From NCBI RefSeq assembly GCF_009914755.1, contig NC_060939.1: a stretch of 64,000 nt of DNA. One strand, 5' to 3'. This DNA comes from the human T2T-CHM13v2.0 reference genome, Homo sapiens. The notes under the pieces were generated by a model, which made no database searches, was not told the origin of the DNA, and saw only the letters and a program-made list of their open reading frames with translations. The position numbers and the translations under genes were made by a program. Positions 45,589-61,359 of the stretch are shown in pieces (within the stretch, counting starts at the first letter, position 1; each line of letters starts with the position of its first letter).

Positions 45589-46816
45589 ATTGAATTTGTC
45601 TGGTGTGATAGCAAGATATCTAAATAGAGATGTAAAACAGGTAAAGATCCAAATGATATAATAATTAGATTTGGGGGTTATTGTTGAAAAGGTGAGAAAG
45701 TCTTAATAGACATTGAAAATGTTGACTATGAAATGATTTTAAAAGAGTCATTTCATGGTGTCACTTAGTTCAGAAGCCTTCAGAGGCTTACCATTACCTA
45801 ATTGCCTGAGCTCTTCTAGTCCTGTCTTAACTAAGTTCTGTCCTGTGTCCCTTTTGAGCCCATACTTGCCTGTGTGGACAGTGTTACCTTGGTTGGACCA
45901 TTCCACTTACTAATTGGAAGCTTGGTCTTCCCTCTGGGCTTTTAATCCTAAATACCACTGTGCTTTTATAAATGAATTTTCTCCCTTTTCTGAAATGCAG
46001 TTTCTACCTGTCTTAAAAGCTTAATATAATTCTTATCTTCTGCTTATGCTTCTTAATCCACAACCTATTCTCTTGCTCTGTATCCATCTTCCTTTCTTTC
46101 TGCATCTGCCTGTCTTCCTTTCTTTTAGATTTTTTTTGAATAAGTAAATTTCCCAGAATGCTTTGGAAAATACAAAGAGCAATTTGCTTATCAAACAACA
46201 TGTATTGCTCTCTCTCTGCCTCTCTATGTATATATTCATAAGCTTTTCCTCCTGAAGAATAATGACTTCATGGTTTTTGTAAAAATGAGGCATGCTTCAT
46301 CTTATTTCTTTTTTTCCAGAACTTTTATTTATTTTCTTTTTCAACTTAATTTTAGGTTCAGGGCATACACAGTAGGTTTCTTACATGTGTAAATTGCATG
46401 TTTCTGGGGTTTGGTGTACACATGATTTTATCACCCAGGTAGTGAGCATAGTATCCAAAGGGTAGTGTTTTGACTCTCACTCTCCTACCACTGGCCATCC
46501 TCAAGTAGGCCCTGGTGTGTACTTTTCCTTTCTTTGTCACCATATGTACTCAGTGTTTACCTCCCACTTACAATTGAGAACATATGGTATTTTGTTTTCT
46601 GTTCCTGCATTAATTTGTTTAGGATAATGTCCCTCAGCTGCATCCATGTTGCTACACAGGACATTATTTCATTCCTTTTTATGGCAGCATAGTATTCCAC
46701 AGTGTATTTGCACCACGTTTTCTTTATCCAGTCAACTGTTGGGCATCTAGTTTGATTCCATATCTTTGCTATTGTGAATAGTGCTGCAGTGAATATATAA
46801 GTGCATGTGTCTTTTT

Positions 46817-47110
46817 CTTTTTTTTTTTTAAGACAGAGTTTCACTCTGTAGCCTAGGCTGGAGTGCAGTGATGCGATCTTGGCTCACTGAAACCTCTGCC
46901 TCCCTGGTTCAAGAGATTCTCCTGCCACAGCCTCCCGAGTAGCTGGGGTTATAGGCACCTGCCACTACGCCCAGCTAATTTTTTGTATTTTTAGTAGAGA
47001 CAGGGTTTCACCATGTTGGCCAGGCTGGTCTCGAACTCCTGACCTCATGATTCACCCGCCTTGGCCTCTCAAAGTGTTGGGATTACAGGCGTGAGCCACT
47101 GCACCTGTCC
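46817..47110 (-). mobile_element. AluSg-like, nested in L1
   Basis: TSD catgtgtcttttt 46804-46816 and 47112-47124. Confidence 0.9.
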
Positions 47111-49921
47111 ACATGTGTCTTTTTGGTAGAATGATTTATATTCATTTGGGTATATACCCAGTAATGGGATTGCTGAGTTGAATGGTAGTTCTGTTTTAAG
47201 TTCTTTGAGAAATCTCCAAACTGTTTTCCACAATGGCTGAATTAATTTACGTTCTCACTAGCAGTGTATAAACATTCCCTTTTCTTGGCAAACTTGGCAA
47301 CATCTGTTGTTTTATGACTTTTTAGTAATAGCCATTCTGACTGGTGTGAGATGATATCTCATTATGGTTTTAATATGCATTTCTGTAATGATTAGATATT
47401 GAGCATTTTTTATATGCTTGTTGGCCATGTGTATGTCTTTTTTTGAGAAGTATCTGTCCATGTCCTTTGCCCATTTTTTAATGGAGTTATTTGTTTCTTG
47501 CTTGTTGATTTGTTTACCTTTTTCATAGATTCTGGATATTAGACATTTGTAAGATGCATAGTTTGCAAAAATTTTATCCTATCTCTGTAGGTTGTCTGTT
47601 TACTCTGTTGACAGTTTCTTTTGCTGTACAGAAGCTCTTTAGTTTATGTCTCACTTGTCAATTTTTGTTTTTGTTGCAATTGCTTTTAGAGATTTCATCA
47701 TGAAATCTTTGTCAAGTTCTATGTTCAGAACTGCATATACTGGCTGTTTTTTCTAGAATTTTTATAGTTTTAAGTCACACATTTAAGTTTTTAATCTACC
47801 TTGAGTTGATTTTTGTATATGGTAAAAGGAAGGGGTCCAGTTTCCATTTTCTGTGTATGAATAGCCACCTATCCCAGTACCATTTATTGAATAGGGAGTC
47901 ATTTCTCCATTGGTTATTTTTGTTGACTTCGTCAAAGATCAGATGGCTGTAGGTGTATGGATTTATTTCTGAGTTTTCTATTCTGTTGCATCAGTCTATG
48001 TGTCTGTTGTTTTATGCTGTTTTGGTTACTGTAGCCTTGTAGTATAGTTTAAAGTTGGGTGGTATAATGGCTCCAGCTCTGTTCTTTTTCCTTAGGATTG
48101 CTTTGGCTATTTGGGCCCATTTTTTATTTGAATTTTTGAATTTTTTTTTTTCTAATTCTGTGAGAAATGACATTGGTAGTTTGATAGGAAAAGCATTGAA
48201 TCTGTAAATTGCCTTGGGCAGTATGGCCATTTTGATAATATTGATTCTTCAAACCCATGAGCATGGAAAGTTTTCCCATTTGTTTGTGTTGTCTCTGATT
48301 TCTTTCAGCCATGTTTTGTAATTCTTATTGTAGAGATCTTTCACCTCCTTGGTTAACTATATTCCTAAGTATTTCATTCTTTTTGTGGCTATTGTGAATG
48401 GTATTGTGTTTTTGATTTGGCTCTTAGCTTGGACATTACTGGTGTATAAAAATACTACTGATTTTTGTACATGGATTTTGTATCCTGAAACTTTACTGAA
48501 GTTATTTGTCAGTTCCACGAGCCTTTGGGCAGAGACTATGGGGTTTTCTAGGTATAGTATCATATTGTCAGTGTAGAGAGATAGTTTGACTTCCTATTTT
48601 CCTACTTGGATGCATTTTATTTCTTTCTCTTGCCTGATTGCTGTGGCTAGGACCTCCAATACTATGTTGAATAGGTGAGAATGGGAATCCTTGTTTTGTT
48701 CTGGTTCTCAGGGGAATGCCTCTAGCTTTTGCCTGTTTAGTATGATGTTGACTGTGGGTTTGTTATAGATGGCTCTTATTATTTTGAGGTATGTTCCTTT
48801 GATGCCCAGTTTGTTGGTAGTTTTTAACATAAGGAGTTCTTGAATTTTATTGAAAGTCTTTATTTCTATTGAGATGATCATATGGTTTTTGTTTAATTCT
48901 GTTTATGTTGTGAATCACACCTATTGATTTGCCTATGTTGAACTAACCTTTGCATCCAAGGAATGAAGGCTGCTTGATAGTGGTGGACTAGCTTTGTGAT
49001 GTACTGCTGGATTCAATTTCCTAGTTTTTGCTGAATAGTTTTGCATCTATATTCATCAGGGATATTGGCCTGAAGTTTTCTTTTTTTGTTGTGTCTTTGC
49101 CAGGTTTTGGTATTGGAATCATGCTGGCCTTATAGAATGAGTTAGGCAGGTGTCCCTCTTCTTCAATTTTTGGAATAATTCCAGTAGGATTGCTAACAGG
49201 TCTTCTTTATATGTTTGGTAGAATTTGGCTGTGAATCCATCTGCTCCAGGGCTTTTTCTGGTTGGTAGATTTTTTATTATTGATTCAATTTTAGAACTTT
49301 TTATTTGTCTGTTCAGGAATTCAGTTTCTTCCTGGTTCAGTTCCTGGAGTTTATTCATTTCTTTTAGGTTTTCTAGTTTGAGTGCACAGAGGTGTCCACA
49401 ATAGTGTCTGAGGGTTTTTTGTATTTCTCTGAGGTCAGTGGTGATATCACCTTTGTCATTTCTGATTATGTTTATGTGGATCTTCTCCCTTTTTTCTTTA
49501 TTAACTAGGCAGCAGTCTGTCAATCTTATTTATTCATTCAAAGAACTAGTTTTGGTTTCGTTGATCTTTTGTATGGATTTTTATGTCTCAATTTCATTTG
49601 GTTCAGCTCTGATTTTGGTTGTTTCCTTTCTTCTGCTAGCTTTGTGGTTGGTTTGCTATTGTTTTCCTAGTTCCTTTAGGTGTGATGTTTGGTTATTAAT
49701 TTGAGATCTTTCTAATGTTTTGATGTAGGTGTTCAGTGCTATAAATTTCCTCTTAACACTACTTTAGCTGTGTCCTACAAATTCTGATATATATTTGTTT
49801 TCATTAGTTTTACAGAATTAATTTCATTGCCTTAATATCCTTCTTTACCTAAAAGTTATTCAGGAGCAAGTTGTTTAGTTTTCATGGGATTGTATGGTTT
49901 TGAGAGATCTTCTTGGTATTG

Positions 49922-49980
<59 letters not shown>

Positions 49981-49994
49981 TCCTTCTTTCTTTC
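49922..49994. repeat. (TTTC)n microsatellite within L1
   Basis: Read directly from sequence. Confidence 0.95.
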
Positions 49995-50727
49995 GTGCTG
50001 TAGTCTGAGAGCGTGATTGGTATGATTTTTTTTTTAATTTGTTGAGAATTACTTTATGGCTGGGCATGTGGTCAGTCTTATAATACGTGCCATGTGCAGA
50101 TGAGAAGGATGTATATTCTGTTGTTGTTGGGTGGAGTATTCTATAGATATCTGTTAGGTCCATTTGGTCAAGTGCTGAGTTTAAGTCCCTAATATCTTTG
50201 TTAGTTTTCTGCCTGGATGATCTGTCAGTAGGGTGTTAATGTCTCCCACTATTATTGTTTGGTTATCTAAGTCTCTTTGTGGGTCTCTAAGAACTTGGTT
50301 TTATAAATCTGGGTGCTCTAATGTTGGGTGAATATATATTTAGGACAGTTAAGTCATCTTGCTGAATTGAACCCTTTATCATTATGTAATGCCCATTTTT
50401 GACCTTTTTGATCATTGTTAGCTTTAAATCTGTTTTGTCTGAAATAAGAATAGCAACCCCTGCTCTTTTTGTCTTCTGTTTGCTTGATAGATCTTTCTCC
50501 ATCCCTTTACTTTGAGCCTACATGTGTCATTGCATGTGAGATGAGTCTCTTCAAGACAGCATGCAGTTGATTCTTGCTTCTTTATCCCACTCATCACTCT
50601 GTGTCTTTTAAGTGGGGCATTTAACCTGTTTAAATTCCAAGCTAATATTGACATTTGAGGGTTTGATCTTGTCATTGCTTTGTTAGCTGGTTGTTTTGTA
50701 GCATTGATTATATAATTGCTTTATAGT

Positions 50728-51101
50728 TGATATGGTTTGGCTGTGTCCCCACCCAAATCTTATCTTGAATTGTAGTTCCCATAATCCCGACATGTCATGG
50801 GAGAGATCCTGGGAGGTAATTGAATCACGGTGCCAGTTATCCCCATGCTGCTGTTTTCATGATTGTGAGTGAGTTCTCTTGAGAACTGATGGTTTTATAA
50901 GGGGCTTTTCCAACCTTCACTTGGCACTTCTCCTTGCTGCCACCATGTGAAGAAGGATATGTTTGCTTCTCATTCCGCCATGATTATAAGTTCCTGAGGC
51001 CTCCCCAGCCATGCTGAACTTTGTCAATTAAACCTCTTTCCTTTATAAATTACTCAGTCTCAGGTATGTCCTTATTGGCAGCAAGAGAACGGACTAATAC
51101 A
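50728..51101 (+). mobile_element. THE1D-like solo LTR nested in L1
   Basis: tgatatggtttggctgtgtcccc...ggactaataca; near-TSD atagt/gtagt. Confidence 0.9.
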
Positions 51102-52189
51102 GTAGTGTTGGTGGGCTATGTACTTAAATGTGTTTTGTGGTGGCAGGTACCAGTTTTTTGTTTCCATGTTTAACACTTCCTTAAGGATCTTTTGTAAGGC
51201 AGGTCCGATGGTAATGAATTCCCTTAGGCTTTGCTTGTCTGAAAAGGATTTTATTTCCTCTTCACTTACAAAACTTGTTTGTCTGGATATGAAACTCTTG
51301 GTTGGAATTTCTTTTTTTTAAGGATGTTAACCTTGAGGTGACAGTGTAGGGAGAGATGTTCAAATCAAGCAGTGGCTTGAAGCTTCTGTTAAACTAGCCA
51401 GACTTCCAAAGGCCCATGCGCAGTTCTTATTTTCTGTTTCCAAATTTCTAATAATTAGATTTAGAAATGCTCAGTGGCCATTCAAATTAAACACACACAA
51501 AGCAAAATCCTTCAATCCTTTAGATGTTGTTTAGAAACTTTTAGGAATAGTTTCAGGCTTATTTGCCAGGCCTTACCCACAGGTAGGAATTGTCTAAGGG
51601 TGTGGTAGAGTGGTCTGGAGTCTTGGAGCCTCAGGGGCCAGACTTAATTGGGAGGGATGTTTCCCATGGTGTGACCCAAGAAGAAAATTTGAAGCTGTGG
51701 TCAGGGTAAGGAGAGATAGGCACATGTATCAAGCGTATAACTCAAGAACACACATTGGAGGACAGAAGAATTTCTGAGAAGGTAAATGGGCAGTGAAGTA
51801 GAGAGAATGGGTCAGTTGGTTTAGATTCTAGCTTAAAAAAAAAAAGGAATTTGTTGGGAGCATTTCTTTTGGGAGTGTCCAAACTGCTCTGGGTTGGGGT
51901 GGCCCAGCTGCTTAGCCACACTGTGCTGGGGTAGACCCAAATTTCATTACTTCAGTTATCAACTTTGCCTGTGACCACATGCTGACAAAGTGCTGGTCAG
52001 TTCCTGACTCATTTGTTTGCCTTGTATGATCTCCAGAGTCATGGGTGATAATCATGACTTTTAATAAAGAACAAAGCCCTGATGTAGATTGCTTTTTAGG
52101 AAGACACCTAGAGTCAATGGTAAAGAAAAAAAGAACAAAACAACTTGTTATACACTTTATAGTTCCCACGTGACCATTTACACACACCT

Positions 52190-52360
52190 TCTAATTTGAA
52201 TCTCACAACAACCCTGGGGCACAGGGTTATCTGCATTTCACAGATGAAGAAACAGAGGTGAGAGAATTTAGTGATTTGTCAAGACCACATAGGTGGTACG
52301 AGCTGGAGCCGGACTCCAAATCCTAGTCTTCTAACTTAATCCAGTACTTTTTCTGCCATC
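52190..52360 (-). mobile_element. MIR
   Basis: catttcacagatgaagaaacagaggtgagaga reverse core. Confidence 0.75.
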
Positions 52361-53631
52361 ACTTTTTAAATCTTGGCACACTTATAAGCTGCCCTTAGCA
52401 ATCCTGCACCAATTACGGGAGGTGATATCAGTATTTTGACTTTGCTTGGCTCTAATTTTTTCTTGAGACTAAGGAGTAATGATAAAGATAGGTAGCTTTA
52501 TGTCCAAAGAGTTTCCTTTATGGCTATTTGCCATTCTAGTGTTTTGGCCTTAGAAGAGATAAGACTGTGTGGCATCTAGAAGCTTGCTTTATTTAAGGAA
52601 CAACTCAACTTGGCCATAATATGCATAAGCTGTTGTGTTCTAGAAGAGCCATGAGAAGTGCTATGGAATTTTCACGTTTAATAAAAATGCAGTTCTCATA
52701 GATTATCTTGGTTAAGTCTAAGAAGATTAGTTTGTTTTTATCTAATAAAAAGTATAAAGGTGCTTTACAATGTAAAAAGGGTCAGTTGTTTAGTAATTTA
52801 AATGTCCAGTTGAGGGTTCTCAATTATGAAGGAAATTGATTTAAATGTAGCTTATAAGATATCAAGCACTAAACTCTGTGATCTCAACAGATTCCATTGT
52901 TCTTCTTGTAAATGTTTTGGAAGAAAAGTTTTCCATAGAAAGCTAGACGAAACTCCAAAGGAAGTTTTAGACCCTTCTAGAGTTTACAGATGTTGGTTGA
53001 ACAGAAATCCTTAAAATCTGTGAGATGGACTTCTAATGAGAAAGCCAATAAAATGGGTCCTTTGGTTTTGTCTATTGTTTTTGTTTTTATGAGAAAAATA
53101 ATAGACTGTTGTAAAACAAAGTATAAAAGAATAAATCAAATAATAATGATTTTTCTTTCACACAAAAGATATTATTCTTTAAGTTGTTTTGGAAGTCAAG
53201 TTTGCAGAAAATTTGCTTTCATTAGTCCTTTTTTCTTTCTCTCTCTGCCTGGTCACTTCCTTTTGCCCATCAGCTTCTATTGACTTCTCAGTTGTCTAGC
53301 TGTGGAGGACAGGTTCATGCCAGGAATAAAGGTTCCTACCTTGTTTCCTAGGGAAAAAAAATGGGCTTACCTGATATCGCAGATAACCAGGAAATTCCAC
53401 TTCCTCTTTCAGATGTGTGCGTGATATGTCCCTATTCATTGGTTCACCTTCCCCCTTCAAAACTAAAAATGAATGTGAACATACCTTATTAAGTAGGATT
53501 TTTAAAGGCACGGCATCATAAAACTTGCAACTTCTGTAGGAAGAGCCTAGGACATGTGTTGGAATCACACCAGTGATTTGTGTTGTGTGTTGGTCAGCTT
53601 CTCAGCCGCTGGTAGGTAGGTCAGTACTCAC

Positions 53632-54030
53632 AGTGTGACTCTTGTCCCACAAGGCTAATGGTGACCATGGTTCTGGCTTCTGAGGCCAGCAGAGAAGTAA
53701 CAATGTGCATGAACTGCCGTGGCACCAGCTGCTCCTATGTAGACCTTTGAAGCATGAAAAATACATGTCTCTCATCATTCTTAGTATATTTACTTATTTG
53801 CTCATTTTCCCTGTATGTACCTGGTTTCCTGACCCTGCCAACTATCTTCTTCACTCCAGCTGCCTCCTTGGCCTTGGCATCACTGGCCTCCTTGGTCTCC
53901 TCAGCTCTGACCACCACCTTGGTCCAGCCTTGCAGGCCTCTTTGTTTCTGACCCTGTAGTTCCTGTACATCTCCTCAGCCCCAGCTGCTTCTTTGGCTCT
54001 AGCCTTGCTGGTCTTCTCATTTGTGGCTGC
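53632..54030 (-). other. Candidate decayed antisense two-exon unit (54030-53821 and 53744-53632)
   Basis: Polypyrimidine tract plus AG, CAG|gtacat, 76-nt AT-rich GT-AG spacer, ACT|gtgagt; A/K/E-rich repeated peptide with one frameshift. Confidence 0.35.
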
Positions 54031-54489
54031 CTCAAGGGGAAGGAAGGGAAGAAAAGGAAAGGAAAATGTATAATTTCTAAACTTGTAAATATATGTATTT
54101 AAGTCTAAGGAAATGTTACTCAGTATTCCCTTTGCTTAAATTTATCATGGATGTATCTCTGTCTTTCAGGAGTGAAATTATCAAAGGATCAGCTGTGAAG
54201 TTATTAGATACTATGTTTTGAGTAGAATGAGGCTTCTGCAGATATAAGGACATCTCATTGTCTCCTCTGTCACTCCTCTGCTGGTTTGGAAACATCTATA
54301 GGAAAGCATCTTCTATAGTCATCATCAACCTAAGAGGCCAACATCTTGCCATCCTATTTTCCTTTTTTGCTACTTATGCTTTCATTTTTACATTTTGTAG
54401 GTTTCCACATAAGTAAGTGTTCTCTTTGTATACAAAGCAGCTTTTCTTATGGTGAAATTCATTTATTTTGGTCAAAGTGATTGTCCTGT

Positions 54490-54880
54490 ACTGGTAAGCT
54501 CAAACTGATTGTGCTTCAGTAACAAACAATTTCAAAGTCTCAGTGGCTTGACCAAGCAAAAGTTTATTTCTTACTCACTCTTTATATCTAACATAAGTCA
54601 GCAAAAGAGTTTGTTCATCTAAGACACTTATGGAGCTGGGCTCAGAGGGCTCCATCTCAACACGTTTGTCCACAATCATGGCAGGAGGAAGGTAATGTTG
54701 TTAATTGCTCTCTGGCTCTTAACATCTGCCAGAGTGACTGGCATCACCCCTATGCTCATTCGATTGGCCAAAGCCAGTCAGATGGATGTGATGAACTTCA
54801 GTGAGGGTGAGGTAGTACAGTCTTAATATGTGTGAGGATAGCTGGAATATTTGGAAGCAGCCTAATGACAACTGTACTTT
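54490..54880 (-). mobile_element. Old MLT1 MaLR LTR
   Basis: cagtaacaaacaatttcaaagtctcagtggctt...aaagtttatttcttactca. Confidence 0.6.
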
Positions 54881-57800
54881 CCCATGTTGAGTGGCTATGA
54901 GTCTCATCCCATCAAATCTTGGTGATACCAATGAGAACCAATTTACTTTCTCATATACAAATATGAAGTTGACATTTTTTCCAAACATCTGGGACAATGA
55001 ATATTGCTCTTGATCAAATTTCAAGTTATTTTCATTTAAGAATTAGACAGACATACTGTGATCTCTTTTTATGTTACACATTTCTCTCATACTGGCATTT
55101 TATCTGCACATGATCTGGTGAAAGCTTACTTGGTAATGATGGCTTGTCACTTTCTTCCCTGTCTTGCAGAGTTCATGGTCTCTTTTCAGGAGCCAGTCAT
55201 TCTAATATCCTAGTTCAAGAAAACATCTCCTTCTGTTTATTAGTTGTTCAATTTCTGTAGTCCTTTTTCAAAGTACTTAGCTTCAGGTGGAAGAAAGTTT
55301 CCTAATAATTTCTAAATTAGAAATTGTATGCTATTTTCTACCTACTGTGCCATTTGTTTCCAGGAGAGTCAGCTGAGGCGAGTAACTGTGGATGGATCTA
55401 GTGCCTTTTTGCAGGTTATTGCCAAATATTAATAGTAATGACAACAAAAATAATGACCTATTGTATGTGTATAGACACTAACAGTTTAACCATATGAGAT
55501 CTCATTTGATCATCATTCATGTGGCAGGTTTCAGACGAAAATATGACAGGCCACCACTCTATATTCAGGGTAGAGACGCTCCATAGTTTTTTAGAAAATG
55601 TTTGAGGAAGATGGTTTCTTGTTTTGTCTTTAGAAAGGATTAGAATGGGAGAGACCACAAAGATTAACACCCTTAGTCCATTAGGACTTCTCTAATATTG
55701 GGAAACCCTTATTCTGTCAAGGGCCACTGATGGAACAGTAAAAAAGACCAGAGACCACCTACATAGGAAAGCAATATAATTTAGTCTTTTAATGAGAAGT
55801 TATAAAATGTTCCAAGAAGAAGCAATATAAAAGTCTACTTAATTAACACAAGAAATAGCAAGATACATGCTTCATTTCTCTATTTTAGCCTAAAAAGGGA
55901 AGGGGGACAGAGAGGATGAAGATCACAAGGGAAAGAGTCATATGAATAAAGAAAACAGGAAAGAGAATCTGATAAAGGGGGGAAGGTTGCTTATGGAAAA
56001 GCACATAAACACAAATGCAGAGAAACCACAAACAAACACACCTGTGTGCATTCACTTCCCAACTGGCTTCCGGAGAACTACATAAGCACATTTGTAATCA
56101 TGGAGTGCTGTGAAATAGCAGCATCTTGATTTATTCTTTCAGGGTATTGCCAGTTATAGTGTAAACACCTTGAGAATAGGAACATCTCTAGATGTTTGTG
56201 AAAGTGAAAGATTTTTATCTTCTTAATGCTGCACTGCATTTTGGAAAGTTCAGGTATAGTGTAGGTGTATTGTCCTTCAATAGGAAGTTCGGAGAAGGGC
56301 CACATTTGGCACATGATTCAGAGCTCCCTCACTTTCAGTCACCCCAGGTCACTCTTCCTGTTCTGCTCCAGTACCTACCTTCCAAAAGCAAACTCCGGAC
56401 AACAGCCTATGTAATCTAGTAGGGCCATTTTACATGCCAGATAGCATAGTTTCATACTTGCTTAAACTGTTGACGTAATCTGTTCACTGACTACTTTTTC
56501 ATCATTTTGGGAAATAAATAACATAAGTAGAGATAGATTTTTATTCCTTTATCAACAAATGTTTGAGAACCAGCTATTTAAGCACTGTGCTAGGTACTGT
56601 GTATTAGAAGTCAGTAAGGCCAGCATAATCCTTATTATTATTTAATTTTGTGGGAAGACAACAATAAAATAATAACTAAAGTGTTCTAATAGAAATATGC
56701 TTATTTCACAGGTAAGCACTAATTTTTCTTTTGCCTCTCTTTCACCCCTTTTTATTCCCTTATGTATTTTTCCTGTAATTCAATTAATAGAAGAAATCTA
56801 GGATAAGAGCTTATTCCCTTTCATGTAAAAATACCAGGCCAGGCCAGCCCTAGGCAAGCATGACCATGTTTCTCATAGTCCTTCTTGCAGCTCTGCATTG
56901 ACCACGATTCCTTCTTAACTCTCTAGGTTCCTTTTTAAATGGCTTGAAATTGTTTCCTCTTTTCACATTTTGCAAGAATGAAGTTTTAGGGAAGTTCTGG
57001 AAAATTAATGGGAAAGTAATTCCCTCAAGAGAGTGAGACACAAAAATGTGGCTCATCCAGGGAGCAGCTTCAGATTCTTCCCTTGCTAATAAGATGAGAG
57101 CAAGATGATGTGTATTGAGAACCTGCCATATTCAAGACACTCTATTAGGTTCCAAGGGGGCTATAAAGATAAAGAGGGCACAGTCCCTGCCCTCCAGAAG
57201 CAGTATATGGTAACTATAATTAGAAAGGAACACAAAGTAATTAAAGAAGTGTGCCGAGATGGGAGGTATGGATGCCTCTGACTGTTATGTTTTTGGAGAG
57301 TTTTGTGAAAGAGGTGGCATCCAGGCTGATACTGAAAGAGATGTGGGGATTGCAGAATCGGACTGGGTAGGATGCTGATGCAGCATCTTCATTCTGGTAC
57401 TCTGCATGCTGCCAGTGGACAGGCAATGATGGTGCAGGGCAGGTATCTCAAGTCAACGGGGAGAGGATAGTGTCACAACCATACCATTTGGGGGACTGTT
57501 GATGTTTCTTGATGAATTGAAATACGGGGGCTTTCATTTGTTGGGCAATGGAAAAATACGCTAGATTTCGATGCAATGAAATATTCACAAATGCCACAAT
57601 CAAAATGGCAATTTGGGAAGTTTGTTATGGTATGTATGAGCAGGTTGATTAGAGGGGAGAGGGATACCAGTTAGAAGGTAGTGCAATGGTACAGACATGG
57701 GATGATAAGAATCCAAACTACAAAGGTAGAGGGTAGAATGGAAAGAAGAGAGTGATGGGCTCTGTCTTGTAATGTGTATGACCCTGGAGTTATTTACAGA

Positions 57801-58799
57801 AGCTTAGCATATGCCAGCGTGTAAAATGCAGGTGAGGGTGACTACAGTGGAGTGAGGCAAAGGTTTTGATCAGCGGAGTAAAATGTACTATGGAACAGAC
57901 CTTGAAGGCTCTTGCTACTTTGGAAATCTGAGAAAGGGAAGCCATAAACATGAGGAGCACTGTTACTCTCCATAAAACAGCATTATGCTGTTGATTTTCA
58001 AATATTCACAAATGCTTCTTGGAATGTACTTTTCCATGGATTAGTGTGTTTTATGTTGAAAGTGCATTTTTTTTCATCAGCGAGTTTGCTTTTAAAATCA
58101 GGTAAAGATATTTTCCCTTTAAATGTAAAATGCTAATTTAATTTAGTCTTTGCAGCATGGGAATGGGATACTAATGTGGCTGAAAACAGCAGTTTATTTT
58201 TTGTGGGTTTGACCATTTCAGAAGTTTAACATTTTTAAAAAATATTATTACTAGGAAAATAAATTTGAAACCACATTCCAGCTTCAATGAGGATTATTCA
58301 AGTGTTTTTCAATTATATTGCTTAAATGCTCCAAAGAGTCTTTGCCTCAGAGCACGGACTTTTTATTATGACTTCACTGCAAAGGGAAACAGAGGACTCT
58401 GTTCTGGGTTCTGAAGTGGTTTTCCTCATCCATCTCTGGATTGCTCTTCTTGGAAACCAACTTTTGGTTTAGCCTAGTGGAGCTTTCTATTTGTTAGAGA
58501 AATTGACCAGTAATGTGTAGTTATATGATTGTGCATAGCCAGCTACAGCCACAACTACTTTTAGCCCCTCACTCAAACAGTGGGAAAATATTCTAGGGTA
58601 TGAAAGTCTCAGAAAGATTAATTATACACGTACATGATAAAGATTTCCAGTTATCTCAGACCAGCATATTTATTCTTTATGATTAATTATCCTGAGATAG
58701 TCTTCATTCAAGGTAATGAAATATTCTTAAAATACTTATTGCTTTTTAGCTTGATAGCTGAAAACCAATGCTCTGCATTCTTCTGTATTTATAAACCTT

Positions 58800-59040
58800 T
58801 ATGCAGTTTGGTGATATGAGGCTACGTGGAGAAACTCGCTGCATAAAGAATGAGGGAGATGATGGTCCAGCTCTCCCTTGCAGTCATCAGCTGACGTCCA
58901 GAACTGCATTCAGGCCTGGGAACCACCCTTCAAGAAGGGCATACACAGACTAAAGTGTATTTGGAAGAATAAACAGGTGAAGGAGACTGGAAATTTGATC
59001 ATGTTGGAACTTGGAAGGTTGCTCTGGAGAGAAGACTCAA
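58800..59040 (+). mobile_element. L3/CR1 ORF2 C-terminal relic
   Basis: Peptide IQAWEPPFKKGIHRLK resembles the CR1 motif QFWAPxFKKDIDKLE. Confidence 0.5.
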
Positions 59041-59605
59041 ATAGTTGTGGTATTTCACTGCTGCAGTGGGCAGATGGCAGCAGCCATAGTTTTGGCTACC
59101 TAGCATCTGGGCCCCTTTTCCATCTCAGGGAAATCTGCTGTGTGTATGTTGGTGATGGAGAAGGTCTTGCATTCTATGGTAGAAGCTGAAGGGTCAGATT
59201 TGTCTCTTTTGAGTCACTTGACATCTGCATGTGGACAAGGGTACTAGGCTTCTTCTGGTGTCCGGGCACTTGTTTATGGCTGGGGCTTTGAGTCTAACAG
59301 GCATAGGTCAGTTGATAAAGTGTCTAGATTCCAATGTCATATCCAGACTGCTCTTGTGGAATGATTTTGGCAGTGTTCTTCACTGGCTGCTTCCCTTAGC
59401 TTCTAACCACTTCCCACCTGGTTTCACGTTCTAATAGAGAATGGAAATATATAATCCTAAAAGATTTTGTGAGCTTCTCAATATCTTCAAAACAAGTTTC
59501 TTTTTTGCTTAAGGTAGTTGGTGTAGGTTTCTGTTGTTTACAAACAAGAATGCTGACTGATATAATTACTAAAAACATAATGATTTCTTATTTCTAACTG
59601 GAATT

Positions 59606-61359
<1,754 letters not shown>

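Larger units (their letters stand above)
46305..51325 (-). mobile_element. 5'-truncated L1PA15/16-type LINE-1 (3' UTR, broken ORF2, ORF1 end), interrupted by an Alu, (TTTC)n and a THE1
   Basis: Several ORF2-like peptides in the ORF track ([37 protein letters not shown]...). Confidence 0.88.

Noticed and set aside
57579-58015. 16-bp direct repeat aaatattcacaaatgc 421 bp apart as a TSD
   Set aside because: No tail or element termini between the copies, and the L2-like sequence runs across the left copy; likely chance in AT-rich DNA.
57976-58107. Short hairpin aacagcat-t-atgctgtt and strong donor CAG|gtaaag as an ncRNA or cryptic exon
   Set aside because: No C/D or H/ACA box pair, stem too short for a pre-miRNA, and no convincing upstream acceptor.
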